Below, in pieces: positions 16,192 to 25,828 of a DNA stretch of 64,000 nucleotides. Source of the DNA: an uncultured Clostridia bacterium (GTDB taxonomy: Bacteria; Bacillota; Clostridia; Oscillospirales; Acutalibacteraceae); the NCBI GenBank assembly GCA_947369085.1, contig CANBJR010000001.1:28978-92977 (forward strand), given 5' to 3'. The notes below the pieces were generated by a model. It was not told the origin of the DNA and did not search any database. It saw only the letters and a list, made by a program, of their open reading frames with translations. How positions within the stretch are numbered: position 1 is the stretch's first letter; each line of letters begins with the position of its first letter. Both the position numbers and the translations under genes were made by a program.

Positions 16192-18480
16192 TTATTTGTC
16201 ATAAAAACTTATTGAGCTTAATGCGTCGTCAATAGCTTCGTCCGAAATAACATTCGGCTCATCAAGGTATTTTGAACGCTTTTCAATTCCGTCAATAGCC
16301 ATCTGTACCTGCTCCTGCGGAGTTTTAGGCTTTTTGGGAGCTTCGTAAATTTCATCATCCTCGGGATTTGAAATATTAACATATTCCTCTTCCTGTTTTT
16401 CTTCAGCAGGGGCAGATTCCTCTTCCGACTCTACAATTGCAGGTTCGTTTCCGTCATCATGAGGTGCTTCTTTGGCAGTATCTTCACTGCTTTCGTCAGC
16501 GTTAAAATTCGGCGCGTCATAATTGTCGGAAACAGATTCGGCAGCAGCCATAATTACTTCGCCGGGAGCATCGATTTGCTTTTCACGTCTTGCTTCGGCA
16601 ATAGCCTTTAGCTCGTCAAGATGATTGACAGGTTTTTCAACATTTTCGGAATTTTCATCAAAGTAAATGTCATACCAAACAAGGAACACGTAAACTGTCC
16701 ATACTCTGCGGCTGTTGTCTTCCTTTCCGCTGAAATGCTCGTCAAGCCACGCAACAAGAGTGTCGGTGTTGAAGAATTTTTCAGCCGTCTTGCCCGTGAA
16801 CTTTTTCTTTACTACATTGTAGTACTTTTCATCACGCAGCCAAACTCGTGTCGGAACGGGGAAGCCGAGCTTTTCTTTTTCGGCAGTTGCTTCGGGCATA
16901 TGACGAACAGCGGCTTTTCTCATAGCGTATTTTGTGTTCGACTTGTTGCAGCGTAGGCTTGTGGGAAGTGATGAAGCAACCCTGAAAACCTCTTTGTCAA
17001 GGAACGGAACACGCAGTTCAAGTGAGTTAGCCATACTCATTCTGTCGGCTTTAAGAAGAATATCGCCGACCATCCACATATTTATGTCAAGGTACTGCAT
17101 TTTTGTAACATCATCGTATTTTCTGCAGCGGTAGTAGTATTTTCTTGCGTAGTCCTGCGGACGTGTTGCAATTGAAGGGTCTTTAAGCAAATCTTTTTTC
17201 TGCTTGTAGTCGTACATAAATGCATTTCCGATGTAGCGTTCTTCAAGCGGATCGCAGGCTCGAATGAGGTAATCTCTGCCCTTTATGTCAGGGAGCTTGC
17301 GGCAGACTGCTCTTATTGCCTTTCTTATGCAGTGGGGAACAATTGTCTGATATATTTTAAAAACCCTCGGGTCGTTGTAGCAGGTGTAGCCGCCGAAAAG
17401 CTCGTCGGCGCCCTCTCCTGATAGCACAACCTTTACATACTGGCTTGCAAGGCGAGAAACAAAGTACAGCGCAATGCACGACGGGTCGGCAAGAGGCTGG
17501 TCCATATGATATTGAACCGTTGGTACTGCATCCCAGAATTCCTCGCTTGAAATCAGGTGAGTATGATGCTCAACGCCGATTTTTTTGCTAAGGTTTTCTG
17601 CCCAGCTTATTTCGTTGTACTTCTCGCCGAAATCAAAGCCTACGGTAAAGGTTTTCTGGTCTGCAAAATATGTTGAAACGTAGCTTGAATCAACACCGCT
17701 TGAAAGGAAACAGCCGACCTCAACGTCTGCAATTTTATGAGCATTTACAGAGTTTTCAAACACCTTTTCAATTTCGTTTACGGCTTGCTCCTCACTCATT
17801 TCCTCATTTGGATTAAAGCGCGGCTCGAAGTAACGGGTAGTTTCAACCTCGCCGCCTCGATACCACAGATAGTGACCCGGCATAAGGCAGTAAACGCCCT
17901 CAAAGAAGGTTTCGGGCGGAACGGCATACTGGAATGAAAGGTAGGTGTCAAGCGCTCTTGTATTGAACTTCTTTACAAATTTCGGGTGCTTAAGAATACT
18001 TTTGATTTCGCTTGCATAAACAAAATCTTCGCCGATTTTTGTGTAATGCATCGGCTTGATTCCGAAAAAGTCACGTGCAATAAAAACAGACTTGTCCTTT
18101 GTATTGTAGATTGCAAAGCCAAACATACCGCGAAGCTTCGGAAGTAAATCTTCCTGCCACTCCTCAAAACCGTGAATAAGCACCTCGCTGTCGGTGTCAG
18201 TGTAGAACTTATGTCCTTTTTGAATAAGAACTTTTCTAAGCTCTTTGTAGTTGTAGATTTCGCCGTTAAAGGTGAGAACAAGCGACTTGTCCTCGTTGTA
18301 AATCGGCTGATGACCTGCGTCAAGGTCGATGATTGAAAGACGGCGGAAGCCCATTGAAATGTAGTCGTCCGTAAAAAATCCGTCAGAGTCAGGACCTCTG
18401 TGGGTGATGACCTCGGTCATATTTTTTATGACGTCGTCACGGTCAACAACCTGCCCTGTAAATCCGCAAATACCGCACAT
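16192..18480 (-). CDS. asnB: Asparagine synthase (glutamine-hydrolysing) with long acidic C-terminal tail
   Basis: MCGICG Ntn start, HRGPD, RRLSIID, FNGEIYN, LSSGVDSS, LSGEGADELFGGY, SLELRVPFLD. Confidence 0.95.
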   Translation of the reverse strand: MCGICGFTGQVVDRDDVIKNMTEVITHRGPDSDGFFTDDYISMGFRRLSIIDLDAGHQPIYNEDKSLVLTFNGEIYNYKELRKVLIQKGHKFYTDTDSEVLIHGFEEWQEDLLPKLRGMFGFAIYNTKDKSVFIARDFFGIKPMHYTKIGEDFVYASEIKSILKHPKFVKKFNTRALDTYLSFQYAVPPETFFEGVYCLMPGHYLWYRGGEVETTRYFEPRFNPNEEMSEEQAVNEIEKVFENSVNAHKIADVEVGCFLSSGVDSSYVSTYFADQKTFTVGFDFGEKYNEISWAENLSKKIGVEHHTHLISSEEFWDAVPTVQYHMDQPLADPSCIALYFVSRLASQYVKVVLSGEGADELFGGYTCYNDPRVFKIYQTIVPHCIRKAIRAVCRKLPDIKGRDYLIRACDPLEERYIGNAFMYDYKQKKDLLKDPSIATRPQDYARKYYYRCRKYDDVTKMQYLDINMWMVGDILLKADRMSMANSLELRVPFLDKEVFRVASSLPTSLRCNKSNTKYAMRKAAVRHMPEATAEKEKLGFPVPTRVWLRDEKYYNVVKKKFTGKTAEKFFNTDTLVAWLDEHFSGKEDNSRRVWTVYVFLVWYDIYFDENSENVEKPVNHLDELKAIAEARREKQIDAPGEVIMAAAESVSDNYDAPNFNADESSEDTAKEAPHDDGNEPAIVESEEESAPAEEKQEEEYVNISNPEDDEIYEAPKKPKTPQEQVQMAIDGIEKRSKYLDEPNVISDEAIDDALSSISFYDK

Positions 18481-18642
18481 ATCCGATAACCCCTTTCAAA
18501 GGTTTAATAGCGTAAACTAAATTTATACATTCCTTATCTGTATATTTTATCATATCGGAATAATAAATTCAACAGTCATAAGGTTATTTTATAAATAAAA
18601 AAGGACTGCCGAAGCAGTCCCCATTAACAGTGTGTAAATATC

Positions 18643-19371
18643 TTAATATGAATAATATCCCATTGATTTTTTTATGATAATTTTATCAATACTTTCAACG
18701 TCAGATTTGCTTACCGAGATAAATTGATTACGCTGTGCAAGATCATCCGTATATACCCCGCCTTCCGGATGCATCTCCGTAGTTTCAAGGTAAAGAATGT
18801 TATCCTTTACATAGACGTTATCAACAGTAAAATATATCGAACCGGAATTATAGTATCTGAATAAGAAAATGAGTGCGTTGTTTTTAAAGAACTCTTCGTT
18901 ATATTCCTCAAAGGTTTCATCAAAAAATCTGCTGTATTCACCGTAAGTTTTGAAAAGGTTATTATTAGATGAAAGATAGTTATTTTTGTAATCAAATGAT
19001 CTGTAATTTTTGTCTACATTAAATGAAACGGCTGCTAAATCTTCAGTAGAAAAATCGGCATACTCAACTTCGTATAAATTGTGAGTGTATTTGTATGGCA
19101 AACCAGCAAGCATTTTCTGAATTGCAGTTACGTCATCTACGCTTATTGTTCCGTCACCGTTATAGTCTGCCGCAACAAGTTGTTCATCTGTCAGCTCAAC
19201 TGAATCGGTAAGATATTTGCTTATCTGTGTAGCATCGGCTACGGTTATGCCTCCGTCAGTGAAAACATCACCGTACATTGGCAAAGGTGCAGCATAAACG
19301 GATAAAACCGCACAGAAAGTCAATGCAGATATAAGCAGAAAGCTGAGGGATAATTTTGAAAATCTTTTCAT
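18643..19371 (-). CDS. Secreted protein with N-terminal type-I dockerin and an uncharacterised C-terminal domain
   Basis: Signal peptide; GDVFTDGGITVADATQISKYL...ADYNGDGTISVDDVTAIQKML duplicated Ca-binding loop-helix. Confidence 0.8.
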   Translation of the reverse strand: MKRFSKLSLSFLLISALTFCAVLSVYAAPLPMYGDVFTDGGITVADATQISKYLTDSVELTDEQLVAADYNGDGTISVDDVTAIQKMLAGLPYKYTHNLYEVEYADFSTEDLAAVSFNVDKNYRSFDYKNNYLSSNNNLFKTYGEYSRFFDETFEEYNEEFFKNNALIFLFRYYNSGSIYFTVDNVYVKDNILYLETTEMHPEGGVYTDDLAQRNQFISVSKSDVESIDKIIIKKSMGYYSY

Positions 19372-19575
19372 GAAATCATCTCCAAATTATATTTATTCAT
19401 TTTTATTATAATGCATTATTATCATAAAGTCAATAAAAACAGTAAAATTATTGTTTATTTATGATAATAAAACTTGATTTAGAGAGATATTTAACTTATT
19501 TTGTAAATCGGTTGAATGTTTTTTTGAAATGTTATATACTTAATTAATGTAAAAAATCAGGAACGGAACGATAGA

Positions 19576-20286
19576 ATGTACGGATTAGTAGGAACGTTTG
19601 TAAATACAGCTACTGTGCTTTTGGGCGGAGTTATCGGACTTGTGTTCAAAAAGGGAATACCTGAGCGTGTAAGCGATTCGGTTTTTAAGGCGCTCGGTCT
19701 TATAACGGCTTTTATCGGAATTTCGGGTTGCTTGTGCGGTAAAAACACGCTCATTGCCGTAATTGCAATGATTGTCGGCACTATTTTGGGCGAGCTTGTC
19801 GATTTGGACAAGCGTGTAAACAACGTGGGCAAATTCATTGAACGCAAGGTAAGCAAAGACGATGAAAACTCAACCGTTGCGCAGGGATTTGTTTCGTCCT
19901 GTCTGCTGTTCTGCGTAGGTGCAATGACAATTGTCGGTTCGCTTCAGGCAGGTCTTGAGGGTGAATGTTCGGTGCTGTTTACAAAGTCGGCAATGGACTT
20001 TTGCTCAAGCATAATTTTTGCAAGTACGCTTGGCGTAGGCGTGCTGTTTTCGGCAGGCTTTGTGCTTGTGTATCAGGGACTTATAACGCTTCTTGCAACG
20101 TGGATTGAGCCGTTGCTCACAACTGCTGTTATAAACGAAATGAACTGTGTAGGCTATGTTATAATCATCGGGCTTGCACTGAATATTCTCGGTATTACAA
20201 AGCTAAAGGTTATGAATATGGTGCCTGCAATTTTTCTGCCGATTGCACTTGTTCCGCTGTATGATTTGATTGCGGCTATGTTTTGA
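19576..20286 (+). CDS. DUF554 (YdfK-like) membrane protein
   Basis: GTFVNTATVLLGG, LLFCVGAMTIVGSLQAGL, KSAMD; multiple TM helices. Confidence 0.88.
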   Translation: MYGLVGTFVNTATVLLGGVIGLVFKKGIPERVSDSVFKALGLITAFIGISGCLCGKNTLIAVIAMIVGTILGELVDLDKRVNNVGKFIERKVSKDDENSTVAQGFVSSCLLFCVGAMTIVGSLQAGLEGECSVLFTKSAMDFCSSIIFASTLGVGVLFSAGFVLVYQGLITLLATWIEPLLTTAVINEMNCVGYVIIIGLALNILGITKLKVMNMVPAIFLPIALVPLYDLIAAMF

Positions 20287-20398
20287 TAAATTATTTAACA
20301 GAACAAAAAATTGCTATAATTGCTTTAAATTTATATACTAATATCAATTTATAAAGTATATAATAAAGCTGAGATTAACGTAAAAAAGGAGCGGTACT

Positions 20399-22306
20399 AT
20401 GATTAGAAAATTCACCTTTGGCACACCGATTTGTACAGAGGCGGTTGCCGAAAAATTCGAAATATCGGACAACAGCGATTTTCCTTTTAAGAGCAAAGAA
20501 GAAAACGGAAAATTTATTTTTGAATTTGATATGACCGACAGCGACATCATTTACGGTCTTGGCGAGGCTCCGAGAGGAATCAATAAGCGTGGATGGGTTT
20601 ACGAAAGCTTTTGCAGTGACGACCCGTTTCACACAGAAACAAAGTCGTCGCTTTATGCAGCACACAATTTCCTTATGCTTTCGGGAAGCGATAATTTCGG
20701 TATTTTCATTGACTTTCCTGCAAAAATCCGTTGGGACATCGGCTACACTTCAAAAAACAAAACAGTTATTACAATAGACGGAACAGACTTTGATTTCTAT
20801 TATATTAAGGGCAGCAAGCCAATTGAAATTGTAAAGGAATTCAGAAAGGCAATCGGCAGAAGCTACATTCCTCCGTTTTGGGCGTTTGGTTATCAGCAAA
20901 GCAGATGGAGTTATCCCGATGCAAAGACGGTTGACAGCGTAATCGACGGCTACGACAAGGCAGGTATTCCGCTTGATTGCGTATATCTTGATATTGACTA
21001 TATGGACAGCTACAAGGACTTTACCGTTGATGACAAAAAATTTCCCGATTTTGCAGACTATGTAAGCAAAAAGCGTGAGCAGGGAATCCACCTTATTCCG
21101 ATTATAGACGCAGGCGTTAAAAAAGAGGACGGCTACAGTGTTTATGAAGAGGGAAGAGATAACGGATATTTCTGCAAAAACGAGGACGGCACTGACTTTG
21201 AGGGCGGCGTATGGCCGGGAATCGTAGGCTTTCCTGATTTTCTCCGCAAGGATGTGCGTGAGTGGTTCGGCTCAAAGTATAAGGTGCTTACAGACGCAGG
21301 AATTGACGGCTTTTGGAACGATATGAATGAGCCTGCAATTTTCTATTCCGTAAAAGGGCTAGACAAAGCCATTGAAAAAGCAAGCTCGCTAAAGGACGAA
21401 AATCTTGACCTTTCGCAGTTCTTTAATTTAAAGGATACTTTCCTTAGTCTTTCAAACAGTGCGGAGGATTATTCAAGTATTTATCATACGGTTGACGGCA
21501 AGCAGGTTTGCCACGATCGTGTTCACAATATCTATGGCGCAAATATGACTAAGGCGGCAGGCGAGTATTTTGCCAAAGAGTTTGGCGAAGAAAAAATCCT
21601 TATGTTCTCACGTGCGTCATACATCGGAGCGCACCGTTCAAGCGGAATATGGTTTGGTGACAATCATTCGTGGTGGTCGCACATTCTGCTTAACCTGAAA
21701 ATGCTTCCGTCAGCAAATATGTGCGGTTTCCTCTACTGCGGTGCTGATTTGGGCGGCTTTAACGAAAACGCGACACGTGACCTCGTTTTGCGCTTTCTGG
21801 CGCTTGGAGTTTTCACCCCGCTTATGCGAAATCATGCTGCACTCGGCACAAGAGATCAGGAGTGCTACAATTTTGAAAACAGCGAGGATTTCAAGGATAT
21901 TATTGAGGTGCGTTACCGCCTTGTTCCGTATCTTTACAGAACTTTCCGCAGGGCAAGCGAAGAAAACGATATGATTTTTAAGCCACTTTCATTTGATTAT
22001 CCCGATGACAAAATCGCCCGCGAGTGTGAAACTCAGCTTATGCTCGGTGACGAATGTATGATTTGTCCTGTTTACGAGCAGAACGTAGGCGGTAGATATG
22101 TTTATCTGCCCGAGGATATGACGTTTGTAAAGCTCAGCGGAACAAATGTTGTTACCAAGAAAATGTCAAAAGGAACGCATTACATTGAGGTTGCGCTAAA
22201 CGAAGTTCCGCTGTTCATTAAAAACGGCAGAAAAATTCCGCTTTGCAAGCCTGCAATGCGTACTTCACAGCTTGACACCGAAAATTTTGAATATATTACA
22301 GGATAA
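20399..22306 (+). CDS. GH31 alpha-glucosidase
   Basis: PPFWAFGYQQSRWSY, LDIDYMD, GFWNDMNEP nucleophile, WFGDN, GADLGGF, PLMRNH. Confidence 0.93.
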   Translation: MIRKFTFGTPICTEAVAEKFEISDNSDFPFKSKEENGKFIFEFDMTDSDIIYGLGEAPRGINKRGWVYESFCSDDPFHTETKSSLYAAHNFLMLSGSDNFGIFIDFPAKIRWDIGYTSKNKTVITIDGTDFDFYYIKGSKPIEIVKEFRKAIGRSYIPPFWAFGYQQSRWSYPDAKTVDSVIDGYDKAGIPLDCVYLDIDYMDSYKDFTVDDKKFPDFADYVSKKREQGIHLIPIIDAGVKKEDGYSVYEEGRDNGYFCKNEDGTDFEGGVWPGIVGFPDFLRKDVREWFGSKYKVLTDAGIDGFWNDMNEPAIFYSVKGLDKAIEKASSLKDENLDLSQFFNLKDTFLSLSNSAEDYSSIYHTVDGKQVCHDRVHNIYGANMTKAAGEYFAKEFGEEKILMFSRASYIGAHRSSGIWFGDNHSWWSHILLNLKMLPSANMCGFLYCGADLGGFNENATRDLVLRFLALGVFTPLMRNHAALGTRDQECYNFENSEDFKDIIEVRYRLVPYLYRTFRRASEENDMIFKPLSFDYPDDKIARECETQLMLGDECMICPVYEQNVGGRYVYLPEDMTFVKLSGTNVVTKKMSKGTHYIEVALNEVPLFIKNGRKIPLCKPAMRTSQLDTENFEYITG

Positions 22307-22326
22307 ATAAAAATTTTCATATAATA

Positions 22327-22363
22327 AAAATCTCCTGTCCGAGTAGTCAGACAGGAGATTTTA
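22327..22363. terminator. Bidirectional intrinsic terminator
   Basis: AAAATCTCCTGTC...GACAGGAGATTTT between convergent genes. Confidence 0.8.
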
Positions 22364-22387
22364 ATATTATAACTGAATTTGGTTATA

Positions 22388-23269
22388 TCAGAAAATATGA
22401 TGTTTGTCGTCATTGTCGAACAAACCGCAAATCCAGTAATAAATCGGAATTGTGAGGAATACAAGCCAGCCTACAGCCCAGCCCCCGCATACGTTGAAGT
22501 AACCGAACAGTATGTATGCGATTGCTGCAAGCACGGGATATGCAAAGTGGCTTGCCTTGCGCTCATAAATTGCGTCAACAAGTGTGTAATAAAGCGGAAT
22601 GGTAAGCAGGCAAATCCAGCTTAATGCCCAGCCAAAGCATACTCCGCTTGCGCCCCACCACGCAAATGCGATTAAGGGAAAGATGAAAAACGGGAATTTG
22701 TTCCATTTACTTTTGCTCTTGTGATGATAATTAATATCTTTGTCAACCATAACATTTCCGTTTTCGTCCGTATAAACACGCTGTTTGCCGTTTTCCTCAA
22801 CGTGAATTCCGTCCCAGCCAACGTGAACCTTGTCGCCGTTCTTATCGTGAACGTGTACACCGTCTTTGAAGTTTATATGCACGTGGTCGCCGTTTGTTGA
22901 GTCAACGTGAATTCCGTTTTTGAACGAAACCTTGTCAACCTTTTCGTATGTTGTTTCGGTTTCGCCGTTCGGACTGTAGGAATAGCTGTAATTATATTTG
23001 TATTCCTCGTTTGAATTCGACTCTGAATTGTTTTCCTCTGATTTTTGATCATTTTCACTTTTTGTTGTTTCACCCTTTAAAAGCTCGTCGAGTGAAACTC
23101 CGTAAATTTCAGCAAGCAAAATAAGGTTGTCGGTGTCGGGGGAAGCTTCGGCACGCTCCCACTTTGAAATTGCCTGTCGGCTTACACCGATTTTTGCGGC
23201 AAGCTCCTCTTGGCTAAGGTTGTGTTTCTTTCTATATTGTAATAATCTGTTGGCTGTTTCAATATTCAT
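22388..23269 (-). CDS. XRE-family HTH regulator with His-rich repeat region and C-terminal TM domain
   Basis: LSQEELAAKIGVSRQAISKWERAEASPD HTH; GIHV/GVHV repeats; about four C-terminal TM segments. Confidence 0.85.
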   Translation of the reverse strand: MNIETANRLLQYRKKHNLSQEELAAKIGVSRQAISKWERAEASPDTDNLILLAEIYGVSLDELLKGETTKSENDQKSEENNSESNSNEEYKYNYSYSYSPNGETETTYEKVDKVSFKNGIHVDSTNGDHVHINFKDGVHVHDKNGDKVHVGWDGIHVEENGKQRVYTDENGNVMVDKDINYHHKSKSKWNKFPFFIFPLIAFAWWGASGVCFGWALSWICLLTIPLYYTLVDAIYERKASHFAYPVLAAIAYILFGYFNVCGGWAVGWLVFLTIPIYYWICGLFDNDDKHHIF

Positions 23270-23384
23270 TGATATGCCCTCCTCGTTGATTTGTTGCTTG
23301 AATTATACTCCGCAACTGCTGTTTTTGGCTATACATTCCAGTTTTCAAACCCGCAACCATCGGTTGCGGGCGGTGTGTTTAACC

Positions 23385-24896
23385 TTAAATTTCCAAACCC
23401 TTTGTAGTTTTCAGGAACTCAAACAGCTGATTATAAATCAAATCAACGCCGCCATTGCTGTCGCTTTCTATATTAAGCGGCATAATTGGGTCGTGGACGG
23501 AAAGACGGAGCAAAAACCAGCCGTTGCCGTTTTCTTTGCCGAAAGATACTCTGATTCCCTCACGATTATCGTCTGCAACCTGCCAGCCGTTCTGATTTTC
23601 TGCATATTCGGTCAGGTCGGATATGATTTTTTCACCGCAGGTTCTGAAATCCTTTTCGGTAATTTTGAATCTGATTTCCTTGCTTTCAATAGGCTCTTTA
23701 AGCCCGGCTGTAAGCTCGTCAAGATCCTTGCCTTCTTTGCGCAGCTGTGCCATTTTTATGATGATTTTTGTGCAGAGGTATGCGCCGTCGTCAAGAAAAT
23801 AATTCTCGCGCATAGCTGCGTGCCCCGAAGTTTCAATTGCAAGAGGACAGTTAATTCCCTGTTTATTAAGCTCAAGCGCCTTGTCAATTACGTTTTTGTA
23901 TCCTCTGCGGTAGCGGTAGTGTTTTCCACCGAGTGTGTTTTCAATAAAATCTTTAAGTCCACTTGATGTGATTGAGTCGGTGACAACTGTTCCGCCGCAA
24001 TTTCCTTCAAGTGCAATTGCAGAGGCAACAGCTACAAGCCTGTTGCGATTTATCTCGTTGCCCTTTGAGTCAACTGCACCGCCTCGGTCAACGTCAGTAT
24101 CGAAAATTACGCCCAAATCAGCATTGCTTTCCTTCACTGCCTGACAGATTGACGCCATAGCTGTTGCGTCCTCGGGGTTGGGAACGTGATTTGGAAACAT
24201 ACCGTCGGGGTTAAGGTAACGGCTTCCCTCGGTGTCTGCGCCAAGTACGGACAGCACCTTGTCTGCATAAAATCCGCCTGCGCCGTTTCCTGCGTCAACT
24301 ACAATTTTAAAGCCTTTCAGAGGGTGCTCATAGTCGTCTGCATTAACTTCTTTTTTAATCTTTTCGCAAAGTCCCTTTGCATAGTCACTCATATAGTCAA
24401 CGTTAGTGATTGTACCGCCGTTTTTTTCCTGCGGATGTTTGTTTTCTTGTGCATATGTCAGAATATCTTCAATGTCCGAGCCTTCAAGACCGCCCTCACG
24501 CGTGAAGAATTTCAGACCGTTTCGGTTGAAAGGATGATGGCTTGCCGTGATTTGCAGAGCGCCGTCGCAATTTAAATCAACAGTAGTCATAAACATTGAC
24601 GGGGTAGAGGCAAGACCACAGCAAAGCACCTCTGCTCCGCAGGCTTTAAAGCGCTTTGTAGTAATATCCATAATGTGAGGACCTGATATTCTGCTGTCAC
24701 GTCCGACAGAGATTTTAAGGTTGTCGCAGGACTTATTAACCTTTTTAGAAAGCCACAGAACAAAGCCGTCAGCCATATTTGCAACGGCATTGTCAGTCAG
24801 ATTAACGCTCTGTCCTTCAACTCCCTCGCTTGCAACACCTCGTATATCTGTACCGCTTTTGAACTGTTTATAAAAATCGTTAAGCATATTTTTCAT
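23385..24896 (-). CDS. Phosphoglucomutase/phosphomannomutase
   Basis: SGTDIRG, ITASHHP phosphoserine loop, FDTDVDR metal loop, ETSGH. Confidence 0.93.
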   Translation of the reverse strand: MKNMLNDFYKQFKSGTDIRGVASEGVEGQSVNLTDNAVANMADGFVLWLSKKVNKSCDNLKISVGRDSRISGPHIMDITTKRFKACGAEVLCCGLASTPSMFMTTVDLNCDGALQITASHHPFNRNGLKFFTREGGLEGSDIEDILTYAQENKHPQEKNGGTITNVDYMSDYAKGLCEKIKKEVNADDYEHPLKGFKIVVDAGNGAGGFYADKVLSVLGADTEGSRYLNPDGMFPNHVPNPEDATAMASICQAVKESNADLGVIFDTDVDRGGAVDSKGNEINRNRLVAVASAIALEGNCGGTVVTDSITSSGLKDFIENTLGGKHYRYRRGYKNVIDKALELNKQGINCPLAIETSGHAAMRENYFLDDGAYLCTKIIIKMAQLRKEGKDLDELTAGLKEPIESKEIRFKITEKDFRTCGEKIISDLTEYAENQNGWQVADDNREGIRVSFGKENGNGWFLLRLSVHDPIMPLNIESDSNGGVDLIYNQLFEFLKTTKGLEI

Positions 24897-25166
24897 CCTT
24901 TCGGTTTCATTATATATTATAAGTATTATAACGCATAGAGCGTAAAATCACAATACATCCAAAAATTAAGTTTGTAAAAAGTTGGATTATTTTATTGCTA
25001 AAAAGGAAATAAGTTGTTAAAACTGACGAAAGAGTAACTAAAATATTGTCGATTTGTAAATTCTTTTAAAGCAACATTAGGTGAAACTGCACATAAATTA
25101 GCACGGTATATTAGCTAAGATTGACATACAAATGTGATAGCTAACAAAAAACTAAGTTAAAAATTG

Positions 25167-25195
25167 TTGACTTTTTCAAAAAGTTGGATATAATA
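25167..25195 (+). promoter_or_regulatory. SigA promoter
   Basis: TTGACT-17 bp-TATAAT (ttgactttttcaaaaagttggatataat); end coordinates approximate. Confidence 0.65.
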
Positions 25196-25361
25196 ATAAT
25201 TGTCAAGTAAATAGTCCGCTTGGCTATCGGCTGATTCCAAATTAGCCTTACTCGAGTAAAATTGAATTATCATAAAGTCGATAAATAATCATGATTTGCC
25301 AAATGGTAAATGGCGCACGAGAAAAACTTTATATTTTAAAGAATTGAAGGAGGAAACATTT

Positions 25362-25628
25362 ATGACACCAATTCTTAGCTTACACAACATTGATGTAACT
25401 GCGTTCCTCGCCGTGCTCGATACCTGCGAGGGCAACGTATATCTCGTTACAAAGGAAGGCGACAGATTAAATCTTCGCAGCAAGCTTTGCCAGCTCGTTG
25501 GCTTAACAAAGCTTATTGAAGGTGGAAAAATTGCAGAAGCAAGTATTATCTGCGAAAACAAGAATGACGAGAGCAAGCTTTTCAGATTCAACTTTTTCGG
25601 CGATACAGGTAACGCTAAAGTAGGTTAA
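25362..25628 (+). CDS. Small conserved hypothetical protein (possible HPr-like fold)
   Basis: AAGGAGG RBS; FLAVLDTCEGNVYL..EGDRLNLRSKLCQ resembles the HPr-like 'V.L....NxKS' pattern. Confidence 0.7.
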   Translation: MTPILSLHNIDVTAFLAVLDTCEGNVYLVTKEGDRLNLRSKLCQLVGLTKLIEGGKIAEASIICENKNDESKLFRFNFFGDTGNAKVG

Positions 25629-25828
25629 TCTAAGCTTATATAAACAACAATCCACGTTTTTCACGTTAATTTCAAAACTTCTAAATCCAAAAACGGTTGC
25701 TTAATGCGGCCGTTTTTGGATTTTTGCTTTATATTTCCTGCAAATTTATCGCTAAATGTTGAATTGAAAATTGCAGCGTGATATAATTTTCTCAGTGAAA
25801 TTCAATATGACAGAGGTGGTAAAGTGGT

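Noticed and set aside
23127-23966. 279-aa plus-strand ORF
   Set aside because: Antisense shadow of the phosphohexomutase and XRE genes; no RBS or recognisable motif.
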